64,000 bases of DNA, taken from NCBI RefSeq assembly GCF_001194135.2, contig NC_068992.1, positions 2,024,500 through 2,088,499 on the forward strand, written 5' to 3'. Shown here piece after piece: positions 37,510-50,716 of the stretch. A program made the translations under genes and the position numbers. Numbering within the stretch: position 1 is the first letter of the stretch; every line of letters begins with the position of its first letter. The notes beneath the pieces are model-generated. The model ran no database searches and was not told the origin of the DNA. It saw nothing but the letters and a program-made list of their open reading frames with translations. Source of the stretch: Octopus bimaculoides. Taxonomy: Eukaryota.

Positions 37510-38375
37510 NNNNNNNNNNNNNNNNNNNNNNNNNNNNNNNNNNNNNNNNNNNNNNNNNNNNNNNNNNNNNNNNNNNNNNNNNNNNNNNNNNNNNNNNNNN
37601 NNNNNNNNNNNNNNNNNNNNNNNNNNNNNNNNNNNNNNNNNNNNNNNNNNNNNNNNNNNNNNNNNNNNNNNNNNNNNNNNNNNNNNNNNNNNNNNNNNNN
37701 NNNNNNNNNNNNNNNNNNNNNNNNNNNNNNNNNNNNNNNNNNNNNNNNNNNNNNNNNNNNNNNNNNNNNNNNNNNNNNNNNNNNNNNNNNNNNNNNNNNN
37801 NNNNNNNNNNNNNNNNNNNNNNNNNNNNNNNNNNNNNNNNNNNNNNNNNNNNNNNNNNNNNNNNNNNNNNNNNNNNNNNNNNNNNNNNNNNNNNNNNNNN
37901 NNNNNNNNNNNNNNNNNNNNNNNNNNNNNNNNNNNNNNNNNNNNNNNNNNNNNNNNNNNNNNNNNNNNNNNNNNNNNNNNNNNNNNNNNNNNNNNNNNNN
38001 NNNNNNNNNNNNNNNNNNNNNNNNNNNNNNNNNNNNNNNNNNNNNNNNNNNNNNNNNNNNNNNNNNNNNNNNNNNNNNNNNNNNNNNNNNNNNNNNNNNN
38101 NNNNNNNNNACATTATCTCTATATAATGATGCATGTATATGTAGGGGTATATAAGTATATATATAGATATATATATATATGTATGTATAATAAACACACA
38201 TACACAGATATATATAAATATACATACGTCAATCTTTCTATGTATGTTTATACTCGAATGTATACTCATATACACGAACGTATAAGCTACCTCATACATG
38301 CATAAATGCCACATGCAGTTACTTGTATAAATACACACACAAATTTTCGCATACATACATCCATACACACCAACC

Positions 38376-38408
<33 letters not shown>

Positions 38409-38739
38409 ACACATTCACATTCGCACCCAACGAGAAATATACAAAGAGACCGATATATATAAATATAAAAATCACGAGAAAAAAACACTCCCAACTCTGC
38501 GTAGCCCCTCGCCTCTCGCCCCACACACAGCGGTGTACCCTCAGCATCATCACCACCTCCACCCTCAACTTCTATTCCGGGTACTACCCCTACTGCTGCT
38601 ACACCGCCACCCCCACCACCATTACCAGCACCACCACCAACAACAACAACAGGAACGCACCACTATTTCTATAAAGACTGCCACGGTCATTGCTCGCACC
38701 ACCTCCGCCGCCACCGTCCCTACCATTTCACGATGGCCC

Positions 38740-39310
38740 CTACAATTACTCCTTCCACTACCATCATCATCATCATCATCCTCAGCCACATCTTTCCCCG
38801 CCTCATCATCATCTTCGTCGTCGTCGTCGTCATCATCATCATCGTAACCATCATCACAACTGCCACTAATATAACACCATTCTTACTACTGTGTCCATCA
38901 TCATCATCATCATCATCATCCTCATCATCAGCAGCAGCAACACCAACAGCACCTTCAGACATCATCGCTACCCTAGCCCCTACCTTCCCCATCATCATCA
39001 TCAACAGTCAACCACACTAGTTACCACCTCCGACCTCACTGCAACACCACCCATAGTAACAACAACAACAACAGCTACAACGACACCACCACCACCATAG
39101 CGAGGAACGACTGCACTACCAATAACAACTATCGCAATCACCATGACCACCACCTCAGACAATATCATAACTATTATTTCCCTCATCACAACCATCTGAA
39201 GTATAACCACCACCACTTCAACCACCTCCTATACTTCATTAGAACCATAACTACCACCCTCACCTCCACCACTACCACCAGCTCCACCGCCGCCACCACC
39301 ACCATCACCT
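38740..39310. repeat. Degenerate (CAT/CAC/CAA)n trinucleotide low-complexity tract
   Basis: Runs of catcatcat, caccaccac and aacaacaac. Confidence 0.9.
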
Positions 39311-39732
39311 CATAATAAACACTAATTCTATGTGGTCGCTCGACCTTCTGGAAATAGCAGTCAAATCAATCACTCACAAATTAAACCTAAGCGAAGAGCA
39401 GCATATTGAATAATGCGTTCTTGATGGATCACACCTAAGTGTTTCATGGGATGGTCACATCTGGAGGGCTTGGACTGAATTGTGCTAGTAACAATAATAC
39501 TTCAACACAAAATAGCAGTTGCAACGCATCTCACATTAATATCTTTGTGTATATTATGAGTGTGTGTATGCATGTGTGTGTGTTGGTGTGTATATGCTTG
39601 AATGTATATTTGTATATGTGTATGTGCATGTTTGTATAAGTGTGTGTCTGCATGTTGAATATTATATAAGTATACGAATGAAAGACGTACTTGAATATAT
39701 ATGCGTTTGCCGCGTACACACACACTTGTATA

Positions 39733-39781
<49 letters not shown>

Positions 39782-39863
39782 TGTATGTATGTATGTGTGT
39801 GTGTATATGTATGTATGTATATATGTATGTATATATATATATATATACACATATATATGTATG

Positions 39864-39930
<67 letters not shown>

Positions 39931-40379
39931 GTATGTATGTACGTATATATGTATACATATATATACATATATATCTATGTACTTGTATATACATTTATAT
40001 ATATACATATGTATATAAGTGTGTGTGTATGTGTGTGTATAAAAGTGTGTGTGTATGTATGTATGTATGTATGTATGTATGCTGCCATATGTGTTAATAC
40101 ATAGTTTCTCGTTTTCCACACAGCATAATACAATACTGAAACAAGTTCTTCCTCGCGACATCTGCTTATTGGGCGTGTTTTGTTTAGGGAATCGAATGGC
40201 GGCATCAGGAGCGCAGTGGACAAAATGGTTATCGATTTTGCTTTCGTTCCCGCTCTGAGTTCAAATTTGAGTAAAGATTTCGGTTTCATTCAAATACCTA
40301 AAACTCTTGTTGTCAACTCATCGATTCTCATTTTATTTTTTCTACAATAAAATTTAGAAAGTCTCGTGAACGTGGCAAA

Positions 40380-40620
40380 TACATATATGACCATTATTGC
40401 GTCGGACCAAATGTTCCGAGGTATTTCTTCCGGTTTTACATTCCGGGTTCAAAATCCGCCAAAGTCGACTTTGCCTTTCATTCTATCGGGGTCGATAAAA
40501 TATATATCAGTTTATCACTGGGGTCGATATAATCAACTTACACCCTCCCACCGAACTTGCTGACCATGAGCCAAAAATCGAAACCATTATTAATATTATT
40601 ATTATTATTATTATTATTAT
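40380..40620 (+). mobile_element. SINE family A with an (ATT)n tail
   Basis: gggttcaaaatccgccaaagtcgactttgcctttcattctatcggggtcgataaaat...ggggtcgatataatcaact followed by attattatt. Confidence 0.85.
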
Positions 40621-40807
40621 AAACGATGTTAGCCTGGGTGAGAGATTTTGAATGGCGACTGTGTATAAGTTATGAGTTACTGTGGGAGACTTTTAAGTGG
40701 CAAATTATTAAAAAGAAGAAAAATTCCATACGCTGGTCTGAAGGTGCTGTAATGGAGTGATTGCGGAGGTAAAGGTGGGCGACTTTGCATATTTACGATA
40801 AATTCAG

Positions 40808-40855
40808 CTTGCGTGTCTGAAGCCAAACTGGAGCTGACAGCAACTGAACCTATTC
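40808..40855 (+). CDS. Speculative 48-nt phase-1/phase-1 exon (ACVSEAKLELTATEPI)
   Basis: ttcag|...|GTATGA, open in the phase set by the 34448 donor and would complete a plausible S-E-A cleavage site. The polypyrimidine tract is weak. Confidence 0.15.
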
Positions 40856-41534
40856 GTATGAGCTAACGATGACGACCCGTCCGGGGCTACGCACCCGTTC
40901 AGAGTCCATGTAATGATTAAAATGCGGTACAGGACCGAATGGATTAGATTATTTGTTGGTTTTATCGTGAAGACAAATCCCTGCTTTCCTTTGGCAAGGA
41001 AATGTGGATAGCGTTATTCTAACTTGTGGTTAGGCTGAAGGAAGTTTGTGTAGTGGATGAGGTTAAAAGTTTTCAGGATAAAACATTTCCTGTCAGGAAG
41101 CCAAACCCTCATCAAATTCTTCAAGAATCAGTTGAGAAGAAAGTTGAAGATAGGAAGGAGGACGCTGGACCCAACAAAATTTTTGAATTTTGGGTGAAAG
41201 GGACGAAATTGGCATGGCTAAACAGGTCCTTGCTAATTCTACGATTGTACAATTGAGGCAAGAACTGGGAGAAAGCATCGCCTTTTGTTCTACCAAAGTA
41301 GGGAATGGAGGGTTCAAATAGACCCCTTTGGTCCTTATTTTGTAAATCCTTTCTCGTTATTGTCTTATACTTTTATACTGTTTTAGCTACATAGTTTATT
41401 ATTATTATTATTATTTCGTAATATATCTCTATGGGTCGATCCTTATTTGACGGAAATTCGTCACTGCTTTTCTTTTTCTTCTTTGTTCTTTTTTTTTTTT
41501 TGTTATTTCACTTTCATACTGTCCCCAGTGTGTG

Positions 41535-41760
41535 GGTCTCAAATCATTAGCGCGTCAGAAAAAAAAATGCTTATCTGCATTTTTATCGGGCTCTTTTCGT
41601 TCCATGTTCAAATCCTGCCGAGGTCACCTTTTGCTTTTCATCCATCGAGATCGATAAAATAAGTAGCAGTCAAGTACTAGGGTCGATAAAATCGACTTAA
41701 CCCCTCCCCTCCCTTCAAATTGCTGGCCTTGTGCCAACAATTAGAAAGAGTCATTATCAT
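41535..41760 (+). mobile_element. SINE family A
   Basis: atcattagcgcgtcagaaaa...tgttcaaatcctgccgaggtcacc...gatcgataaaataagtagcag...gggtcgataaaatcgact...gctggccttgtgcc. Confidence 0.85.
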
Positions 41761-42379
41761 TGCTGTTGTGGTTGTTTTTATTTTATTGTTGCCATCATTA
41801 TCATCATCTTCATCATCATCATCAATATCATAATCATTTGTATTTTAGCGCGAATGGGCTTGTCCCTTTCGCCCTCTTTGTGTTAATGGATTTACCACGC
41901 CACGTTTATAACTCAACGGAAAATCTTTGGATTAATTTCCCGACGTTGGAACATTTTAGTCTCCACCCTGCTTACCTTGGGGTGAAAAGGACACGGTTTG
42001 TTTTTAAACCTTTTTGTATTTCCTATTCTATAAACTTTATTTACTACAAACACGAATTGACTTCGTTTCATGGATGAATTCGCTACAGCAGTGGCGACAT
42101 TGATGCAAACTGGCACATCCCGCCACAAGATGCAAATAAATAAATATAAGCAATAAATTTTTTAAAAAAACATATTTATAAAAGATAACCAACAAAACAA
42201 GAAAATAAAACAACCACTAAACAAACAGATACAACAAACATTACAAACAAATAAATAACGAATTTGTGAAAAAAAAATAATAATAACATGAGTTTTGTTA
42301 TGGAGTAACCCACAAACAATATTTGGACATTCGTCTAGTCGAAGAAAATAAGTGATATGGGAGATGTGTGTTATTGAGG

Positions 42380-43200
42380 ATAGTGTTGCTTGAAGAACAC
42401 ATACAGAAACAGGCAAGAAGGAAACTAATTAAAAAAATGCATCAATAAAATAAAAGATGCCCTGAAGAGAGCTCTAGGACAAGAAGCCCGAGTGGATACG
42501 AAGAAGGATGTGATTTTCATGAAATGCTGCAAAGTAAAGGACAGTGTCCGCCTGATTTTCACACCGATGAAAAGTTGAGGTGATTCGTCAGTTTGGTGTA
42601 CCATAGCTATGATCATTGGCTCATAATACAATACTTAGGCCCATTCAATATAGGAGAGATAGCCAGGGATAGGGAGTAGCAATTGGAACCCTTGACTGTG
42701 AGGGAAACTATCAAAAGAAATGACGTGGTCGGAGGTTGTTAGTTGAGTAGAGAGTAGCAAGTTCTAATCTTAGTTTCTCTGAACAAAGCATACAACTATT
42801 CCAAACCTGTCGCAGGTGTAGAAACAAAAGAATTGTGACTAGCTGTGCAACGCAAGAAGCCAAGCTATTGTAGTTGTACTAAAAGGTATTTTAGAAGAAT
42901 CTGTATCGAAGAATGAGAAAGACAGAGAAAGAAAGTGATTGAGGTGGGGAGAGCAACGGAAAAGGCAAAAATCACAACAGCTCTAGAGTGTGTTGTTTTA
43001 AAAATACTTTCAGTTTTATCGCCTCTGGCAGGTCCGAGGATGGTCAAAGAACACGATTCACTTCCTTGGACATAAGTCAATATCCACAGCTACTATTAAG
43101 CCCCATCCCCACGATATCCGTGTGGGGGTGGGGGTGGACATGGAGTAGTGAAAAGGGTTGATGATGTGGGCGTCAATACAAAAGGCAAAAAAGATTTTAA
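42380..43200 (+). pseudogene. Possible decayed non-LTR retrotransposon ORF1-like segment
   Basis: Purine-rich block with degenerate zinc-knuckle-like spacing (TCRRCRNKRIVTSC...KPSYCSCTKRYFRRIC) at about 42805-42905. The histidines are absent. Confidence 0.3.
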
Positions 43201-43365
43201 AAGAGGTGACCACAAATGAAAGTCGATCCCCAAATAAACGCATTGAAAATAAAATATACTCGAAACGAAACGGAAGAAAACAGAAAGAGAAAGAATGTGT
43301 CGTTTGTAGAGCAGACGAAAAATAATGAACTGCTAATAAAATACAATTTGTCTACGATCCGTGAA

Positions 43366-43682
43366 GGTGCGTGGCTTAGTGGTTGGGGCATTCGGCTCAC
43401 GATCGTGAGTTCAATTCCCGGCGACGCGTTGTGTCCTTGAGCAAGACATTTTATTTCACGTTGCTCCAGTCCACTCACCTGGCAAAAATGAGTAGTACCT
43501 GTAATTCAAAAGGGCCAGCCTTGTCTGTCACACTCTGTGTCAAACTGAATTGCCCTGAGAACTACGTTAAGGGTACACGTGTCTGTAGAGTACTCAGCCA
43601 CTTGCACGTTAATTTCACGAGCAAGTGGTTCCGTTGATCGTATCATCTGGGACCCTCGTCGTCGTAACCGACGGAATGCTCC
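43366..43682 (+). mobile_element. SINE family C, full length
   Basis: A-box-like gtggcttagtggtt and B-box-like gagttcaattcc, then the core and tail through cgtcgtcgtaaccgacggaatgc. Confidence 0.93.
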
Positions 43683-44706
43683 TAAAGTCTACGATCCACT
43701 ACTGTGCAACCACAAAGGGACTGTGAATGATTTCTCGCCTGATCTAATACCAAAAGATGCTCGCTGGCGCCTTCGGGTGTTGTTTCATGTAGGAGACCAC
43801 AGTGTGTGGTGCACGGCCCGACTGAATTGTTATGTTTTGTACGCGGTTTGGTAACTCTAACTGGCCTTCGTTTCTTTATTGATTTGCACTGTTTTCAATC
43901 ATAATACGCGCGCGCGTGTGTGTGTGTGAGTGAGATAGGGGGGGAGTATGTATAATTAGGTTTTTCATCAATGGTAGATCTATAACAAATGTTTTATTTA
44001 TTCTTTAATATCTCTCCCGTTTCCTTTGTTTTATTTCAACATTGTTCGACCATCCCTCACGTTTGTATCCCTTAGGTCTAGCGTTTTCACTGTATGGGAA
44101 AACAATAAAAGTAAATATCATTATTATTATTATTGTTGTCGATGTTGTTGTTGTTGCTGTTGTTGTTGTCATTGAAATCCATATTGATATCGTCGTCGTC
44201 TCGGTTGTCGCTGTTGCTATTGATGTTGCTACAGTTGTTGTTAAGGCCTTTAATCATCTCTAATCTAACAAACCCGTCGATGATGAAAGTCACTCCAGCA
44301 ATGGCTAACCAGTCTATTATTCAAAGCATTAATTTCCAGCGATTAAAACGGAATGGTGGTGAGGTAGACTTTTCCCTCTCTTAAAATGACGGAACACGAC
44401 TGAAGGAGATGTGGCCGTTGCTTCTATTAGATCGTAAGAGGACATAGAGAGATTGTAGTCTTGCTTCCAAATCGTGTGACGTATATAATAAATCAGGTAT
44501 AAGTCTTCAGTAGTTACACTTGTATATTTATAAATAGAACTGTAACCATACAGACGTGGACAAATTGAAATACACATACACACATACATATAATAAAATA
44601 GACACACTCACTCACACGTATTACACACAATCTATTTTATCTTTTCCTGCCTTTATGTTTACATAAACAAACACACGAACACACAAATAGGCAAACACAC
44701 ACACAC

Positions 44707-44747
<41 letters not shown>

Positions 44748-44998
44748 NNNNNNNNNNNNNNNNNNNNNNNNNNNNNNNNNNNNNNNNNNNNNNNNNNNNN
44801 NNNNNNNNNNNNNNNNNNNNNNNNNNNNNNNNNNNNNNNNNNNNNNNNNNNNNNNNNNNNNNNNNNNNNNNNNNNNNNNNNNNNNNNNNNNNNNNNNNNN
44901 NNNNNNNNNNNNNNNNNNNNNNNNNNNNNNNNNNNNNNNNNNNNNNNNNNNNNNNNNNNNNNNNNNNNNNNNNNNNNNNNNNNNNNNNNNNNNNNNNN

Positions 44999-45054
<56 letters not shown>

Positions 45055-45696
45055 TTATTTATTCATTTATGTGCGAGTGTACACGTATGTACCACACACA
45101 CACACACACACACACACATAGGTATGATGATGCTAGCAAGAAAAATACGATTCAAAATATGAGTAGATGTATATTTCTATTTATATTTAGCAGATAGAGA
45201 TGTATGTGTGTGTGTGTGAGTGCATGTGTGTGAGTATGCACGCACACATGCATCTATTTGTCTCTGTATCTGCTTGTGTGTATGAACATGTGCATATGTG
45301 TATGTATGTTAGAGTGAGTGCATGTGACTTAGTATGCGTTGATATAGTTTAAGAGGCAGAGAGAGATGAATAAAGCGAGTGGTCGCAGCATCGCTAGCGA
45401 GATTGATCGACTAAAACGAACCATCTTAAATTTTGTCCCGCCTCAAGTTTTCCGTTCTTTGTCGAATGTGTGGGTGGGTGCGTGTGTTCATGTACGTACG
45501 TGTGCGTAAATATATGTGTGTAGCTGTGTGTATGTGTGTGTGTGTGTGTGAGTTTGTGTGGGTGCGTGTGTTTGTGAATTATTATTCGACGCACGATGTG
45601 GAATGTGTATTTGTTGAGAATCACTTTATGAATCACTCCGCTGCTAGTGGTTCACGCATATTGCACCGATCAATATTAGTTCCTCACACACACACA

Positions 45697-45787
<91 letters not shown>

Positions 45788-46061
45788 GCGCACTCACACC
45801 CGTATTATGTATATATGTATATATATATATATATATTCACAGATACATATATACGAGTGCATGTGCATAATAGCAACATTGCAACCCTGATAAACTATAT
45901 TTACAAACATAGAATCTCCTTTACGAAATATTTCTTGCCGCCTCTGACTGTGTTGTTATCAACAAACGTTTAAAAAAATAACATGAGAGCTTTGCATTCT
46001 TTTAAGTATAATACTAATCAAAAACAATAGAGACACACACACACATATATGTTCATATATG

Positions 46062-46105
<44 letters not shown>

Positions 46106-46157
46106 TACAGAGAGAGAGAGAGAGAGAGAAAGAAAGTTACTACACATAGGCCCATAC

Positions 46158-46410
46158 CAGTGGTTCTCAACTAAATTCTAGATGGTCGTTGCGGGTCCAT
46201 AAAAGATTTTGCTGTTAAAATTTACGAGCAATAAATTAGTGATACTTCTACTATACTCTCAATATTTTCACAATTTACTTGATACAGTTCCTCAGAATAT
46301 TTCTTTGTGAACAATATGAGATTTTGTAAACGCTAAATGGTTATGGAGGTCTGCCCCAGTAAAATGGGAAACTAGGAGACCCATAGGAGAAAAATGGTTG
46401 AGGAACGCTG
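46158..46410. mobile_element. hAT (Charlie-like) MITE
   Basis: TIRs cagtggttctcaac and gttgaggaacgctg match at 11/14. Both flanks contain catac, a possible decayed 8-bp TSD. Confidence 0.75.
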
Positions 46411-46568
46411 GGCATACCCACGTTCGATATATTGTAACCAGTGACTGCCTGACTGTACCTTTGTCACTGAATACCTGTCGCTTTTCTGATCTCTCCCTCC
46501 CTCCCTCTCTCTATCTATCTATCTATCTATCTATCTCCCGACCAAACATGTTCAATGCACAGATGTAC

Positions 46569-46600
<32 letters not shown>

Positions 46601-46859
46601 TTCCATAATACATACATATATGTATATACGTACATACATATGCATTTTTGCATGTATGTATGTATGTGTGTGTTCATGTGTGTATACATCGATGTAAATG
46701 TTTGTGTGTGTTGATCAGCTCTTAAAATGATGAAATGTTAAGAGATTCTGGGAGTTTTTACTTGATTAAAAATTTTAACTCTATTTTACAGAAAGTGTTT
46801 CGTTTTGTTTTGGGGGTGAGTAATGAGTGCCACGTGATGCTCGAAGCTTGGTGATGGTG

Positions 46860-47340
46860 GGGGTGGGTGCTGGTAGGATGGTGGGAGTGCAGTTGGGGGT
46901 GTTGTTTAGTGGTGGTACTGGTTGATATGGTGATACATCTAGTAGTGGCGGTGGCGGTGATGGTTGTGGTGGTGGTGGTGACGGCGGCAGCGGAGGCGGT
47001 GGGAGTGGTGATGATGGTGATGGTAGCGGAGGTGGTGGTGGTGGTGGCGGAGGTGGTGATGATGATGGGAGCGGAGGTGACGGTGGTGGTGATGGTGGTG
47101 GTGGTGGCAGTAGTGGTGATGAAGGTAGCGGAGGTGGCGGTGGTGGTGATGGTTGTGATCGTGGTGCTGTTGGTTGTGGTGGTGGTGAGACTGCGAGAGT
47201 GGTATACGTAGTGGTTGCGGTTTCTATGGCGGTAGTAGTGATCATTGGTTGCTATGGTGAGGGTAGTGATCGTTGGTGGTAGTGGTGGCTGAGGTTGATG
47301 GTAACGGCGGCAGCGGTGGTAATGGTGGTTGATTGCTGCG
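46860..47340. repeat. Degenerate (GGT/GAT)n trinucleotide tract
   Basis: G-rich ggtggtgatggtggcgg repeats. Confidence 0.92.
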
Positions 47341-47507
47341 TTGCTGGCAGAAACCACGCTTTACCCTCATCGGGGTCATATCACCATTTTATGCTGAAGC
47401 GAATGAAGAACTCACGAAGAGTTCAGGTTACAACAACCTTTCAGAAAGAGGAACTACAATTTCATAAAGGGTCCACTAAAGTCTACTTTTAGGTTCACTC
47501 ATCACTC

Positions 47508-48153
47508 GTCTTTTCCACTCTAGGCACAAGGCCAGAAATTTTGGGGAAGGGGGCCAGTCGATTAGATCGACCCCACTATGCAACTGGTACTTAATTTATC
47601 GACCCCGAAAGGATGAAAGGCAAAGTCGACCTCGGCGGAATTTGAACTCAGAACGTAAAGACAGATGAAATACCGCTAAGCATTTCGCCCGGTGTGCTAA
47701 CGTCTCTGCCAGTTGGCCGCCTTATGAGTATAATATATTGGTACTCTCAAATGTTGGTACAAGGTCTGCATGTTCGGGACAAGGGATAAGCCGATTACAT
47801 CGACTCCAGTGCTTGACTGGTACTTATTTTATCGGCCCCCGAAAGGATGAAAGACAAATTCGACCTCGATGGAATTTGAATCCACAACGCAAAGACGGAC
47901 GAAATGCCGCTAGGCATTGTTCCGGAGTGCTGACAATTTTTCAAGATCACAGCCTTAAATAAGTATAGTACATTAGTTTCCAATCTGGGCACAAGGCCAG
48001 CAATTTTGATGGCGGAGCTGGTAAGCCGATTACATCGACTCCCAGTATGTAACTGGTACTCAAAGGGGTGAAACCCAAAAAGTTGAAAGGCAAAGTCGAC
48101 CTCGTCGGCATTTGGACCCACAGACGGCCGAAATGCCGTCAGGCATTTTGCCC
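47508..48153 (-). mobile_element. Three head-to-tail SINE family A copies (47508-47724, about 47742-47940, about 47978-48153)
   Basis: Each shows cacaaggcc/tacaaggtc...tcgattagatcgac/ccgattacatcgac...tggtact...gaaaggcaaagtcgacctcg...ccgctaagcatt in reverse orientation. Confidence 0.92.
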
Positions 48154-48718
48154 GAGTATAATGTATTAATGCTGAGTTCTATTTCATCTTCTCCGACAGA
48201 CGATACATTAGAGCTGAAATTATATATCACTCATTCCGTAAGATGATCTGAACAAAAAATGTTCTGCCTGTTTATGAAATTGGAGAAGTTTCTGTGAAGT
48301 TGTTACAATTCAAATTGGCCATAACTAAATGAGACGTTTCACTTCATTTATTTCTTTCTCTTCAGAATGAAGTTTTGGTTTCATTCACTGCCAATCGTAA
48401 CTGTAGCAAGAATAATGTTCAACCGGGATATTAGGCTTTAATAAGAAGAAAAAATAACATCGCTATTTTGAATCAAGCTGAGAGCTTGACTAAATTTACA
48501 TGTTTTGAGCAAGATATACGTGTGTGCACGTGAATGTACGTCTGTCTACGTAAGTGTGTGCCTCTATGCGTGTGTGTTTATGTGTTTATGTGTTTATACG
48601 CACGGTCTATGAGGAAAATATCTTTCCAGCAAACACCGCACATAAAGAATATAGATGGACTCAGCTTCATTGTAACAAACGATGCTTACTGTGCATACGA
48701 TTAATATATATATATATT

Positions 48719-48769
<51 letters not shown>

Positions 48770-48819
48770 GAAGAAGAACAAACACACAACAACAACAACG
48801 TGAGTGCATGGTACATATA

Positions 48820-48960
48820 AAGTATCAGCAGACGGTCAGGGAAGGAAAGAAAGATAGTTTAACGTTTCGAGCAGACGCTCTTCTTCGGAAACAGAGGAAA
48901 GTTCAATAGAAAAGGAAGACAGAGGTAAAAAAAAATCGCCAACGATTCACATGTGGTTTT
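48820..48960 (-). mobile_element. Short hammerhead-bearing repeat (probable PLE terminal-repeat derivative)
   Basis: About 140-bp complex block between microsatellites, containing the motif at 48857-48892. Confidence 0.55.
48857..48892 (-). ncRNA. Minimal type I hammerhead ribozyme-like motif (U4C core variant)
   Basis: Minus strand reads GTTT-CCGAAGA-A-GAGC-GTCT-GCTC-GAAAC-GTT-AAAC. Perfect 4-bp stems I and II, self-complementary AACGTT stem III and a GUU triplet. Confidence 0.65.
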
Positions 48961-49355
48961 ATATATATATACACACACACATATATATTTATATATATGT
49001 ATGTATGTATATAGATAGATGGATAGACGTCTTTATTGTATCAATTCGCACAAAATATTGCATGCTGATGAAATGAAGATACTGTTTCCTCTCTGAGATA
49101 AAAGATAAGGAATAAAGAAAGGGAGTTTAAATGAGCGATTGCTGTTACAGATTAGTGGTACATTAAGCTCAGATTTAGAGTGAGTATGAGATTGAGAAAC
49201 CTTGTCGAGTTAAGACGATCAAACCTGGTTATTGTCAGACTTATTTCACCTGCTCCTCTAACTCCGTTTTCATTCTCAACCGCCCGCACATACGTTCGCG
49301 ACTACACACATGCACACATGTAGCAAAAATCTCTTCCGTACTAAAATACATAGAT

Positions 49356-49393
<38 letters not shown>

Positions 49394-49398
49394 GTGTA

Positions 49399-49737
49399 TG
49401 CCGTATTTGATGGCCTATAAGATGCACGAGTGCATAGGACACGCCCTAGCCTAGGCTATACTTTTGTAAAATAAATTTCCACTAAAATAATGTTTTAATT
49501 CTTCCACTTACCTGTATAACTTTGTTATAACCGATAATTATAAGCAATTTGTTGCATCCACATTCGATATAAACATACCGAAGGTGATTGCTCCCCAAAA
49601 GGTGGCAGCACACGTTTTGTAAACATACGTACCGTTTTGAGTGAGTTTTTAGCTTACATTGAGTGCATTGGACGTAGGACGATTTTTAAAACTATGTTTG
49701 GGTAAAAAACTAGCATCTTATACGCCATCAAGTACGG

Positions 49738-49739
<2 letters not shown>
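49399..49739. mobile_element. pogo/Tc1-type MITE
   Basis: 27-bp TIRs (49399-49425 and 49713-49739) match at 24/27, of the TACCGTAYTT...TATAAGAYGC type, TA-terminated. Confidence 0.88.
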
Positions 49740-49778
<39 letters not shown>

Positions 49779-50716
49779 NNNNNNNNNNNNNNNNNNNNNN
49801 NNNNNNNNNNNNNNNNNNNNNNNNNNNNNNNNNNNNNNNNNNNNNNNNNNNNNNNNNNNNNNNNNNNNNNNNNNNNNNNNNNNNNNNNNNNNNNNNNNNN
49901 NNNNNNNNNNNNNNNNNNNNNNNNNNNNNNNNNNNNNNNNNNNNNNNNNNNNNNNNNNNNNNNNNNNNNNNNNNNNNNNNNNNNNNNNNNNNNNNNNNNN
50001 NNNNNNNNNNNNNNNNNNNNNNNNNNNNNNNNNNNNNNNNNNNNNNNNNNNNNNNNNNNNNNNNNNNNNNNNNNNNNNNNNNNNNNNNNNNNNNNNNNNN
50101 NNNNNNNNNNNNNNNNNNNNNNNNNNNNNNNNNNNNNNNNNNNNNNNNNNNNNNNNNNNNNNNNNNNNNNNNNNNNNNNNNNNNNNNNNNNNNNNNNNNN
50201 NNNNNNNNNNNNNNNNNNNNNNNNNNNNNNNNNNNNNNNNNNNNNNNNNNNNNNNNNNNNNNNNNNNNNNNNNNNNNNNNNNNNNNNNNNNNNNNNNNNN
50301 NNNNNNNNNNNNNNNNNNNNNNNNNNNNNNNNNNNNNNNNNNNNNNNNNNNNNNNNNNNNNNNNNNNNNNNNNNNNNNNNNNNNNNNNNNNNNNNNNNNN
50401 NNNNNNNNNNNNNNNNNNNNNNNNNNNNNNNNNNNNNNNNNNNNNNNNNNNNNNNNNNNNNNNNNNNNNNNNNNNNNNNNNNNNNNNNNNNNNNNNNNNN
50501 NNNNNNNNNNNNNNNNNNNNNNNNNNNNNNNNNNNNNNNNNNNNNNNNNNNNNNNNNNNNNNNNNNNNNNNNNNNNNNNNNNNNNNNNNNNNNNNNNNNN
50601 NNNNNNNNNNNNNNNNNNNNNNNNNNNNNNNNNNNNNNNNNNNNNNNNNNNNNNNNNNNNNNNNNNNNNNNNNNNNNNNNNNNNNNNNNNNNNNNNNNNN
50701 NNNNNNNNNNNNNNNN

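Noticed and set aside
43366-43425. tRNA-like sequences (also at 4771, 18515, 23973 and others)
   Set aside because: They have A/B boxes but no complete cloverleaf and continue into SINE bodies, so they are SINE heads, not tRNA genes.
38323-47357. Low-complexity Thr/Pro/Ser/His-rich ORFs (38323-38847, 46758-47357, 46781-47245)
   Set aside because: Trinucleotide repeat tracts open in several frames and on both strands, with no splice or codon-position signal.
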